From: Octopus sinensis | Taxonomy: Eukaryota | Reading direction: 5' to 3' | Assembly: GCF_006345805.1 (NCBI RefSeq) | Contig: NC_043002.1 | Coordinates: 87,048,001-87,112,000 of the forward strand | DNA length: 64,000 nt | Shown: one piece after another, positions 63,846-64,000 of the stretch | Layout: the number at the start of each line of letters is the position of its first letter | Position numbering within the stretch: the first letter of the stretch is position 1 | Position numbers and translations under genes: made by a program | Notes under the pieces: model-generated | What the model was told of the DNA's origin: nothing | Databases searched by the model: none | The model's input: only the letters and a program-made list of their open reading frames with translations

Positions 63846-64000
63846 CTTGAAATAAACCTGAATAACGATATACATACAAATGTATGTATGTATGTATACA
63901 TGTATGTATGTATGTATGTATGTATGTATGTATGTATGTATGATGTGTGTGTGTATGTATGTATGTATGTATGTATGTATGCTTATACCTACATATGTTT

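Overview
AT-rich, microsatellite-dense eukaryotic DNA. It is very probably intergenic or intronic sequence from Octopus (coleoid cephalopod), inferred from the tRNA-derived SINE families and the (TA)n/(TATG)n density. No intact host gene is recognisable; nearly all long ORFs in the track are microsatellite artefacts or transposon remnants. Identified elements: dozens of tRNA-derived SINEs (S1-S5 are my working labels; octopus OK/OR1/OR2 SINEs are known, but I have not verified which is which); a ~430-bp GG...CC MITE with 8-bp TSDs and an internal TTAGGG tract (Merlin-like); mariner and maT (DD37D-type) remnants; a non-autonomous Helitron; a foldback-like element; a Ty3/Gypsy RNaseH-integrase remnant; a probable solo LTR; and LINE remnants of RTE, CR1/L2, Tx1/L1 and R4/Dong type. 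The most notable signal is a set of minimal type-I hammerhead-ribozyme motifs with palindromic helix III (the dimer-cleaving, Penelope/retrozyme type). They occur in three different short repeat families, two of which carry family-wide non-canonical catalytic cores. Also notable are SINE concatemers with a recurrent exact junction and SINEs with swapped head/tail modules. Coordinates were counted by hand, and the boundaries of degenerate elements are approximate.
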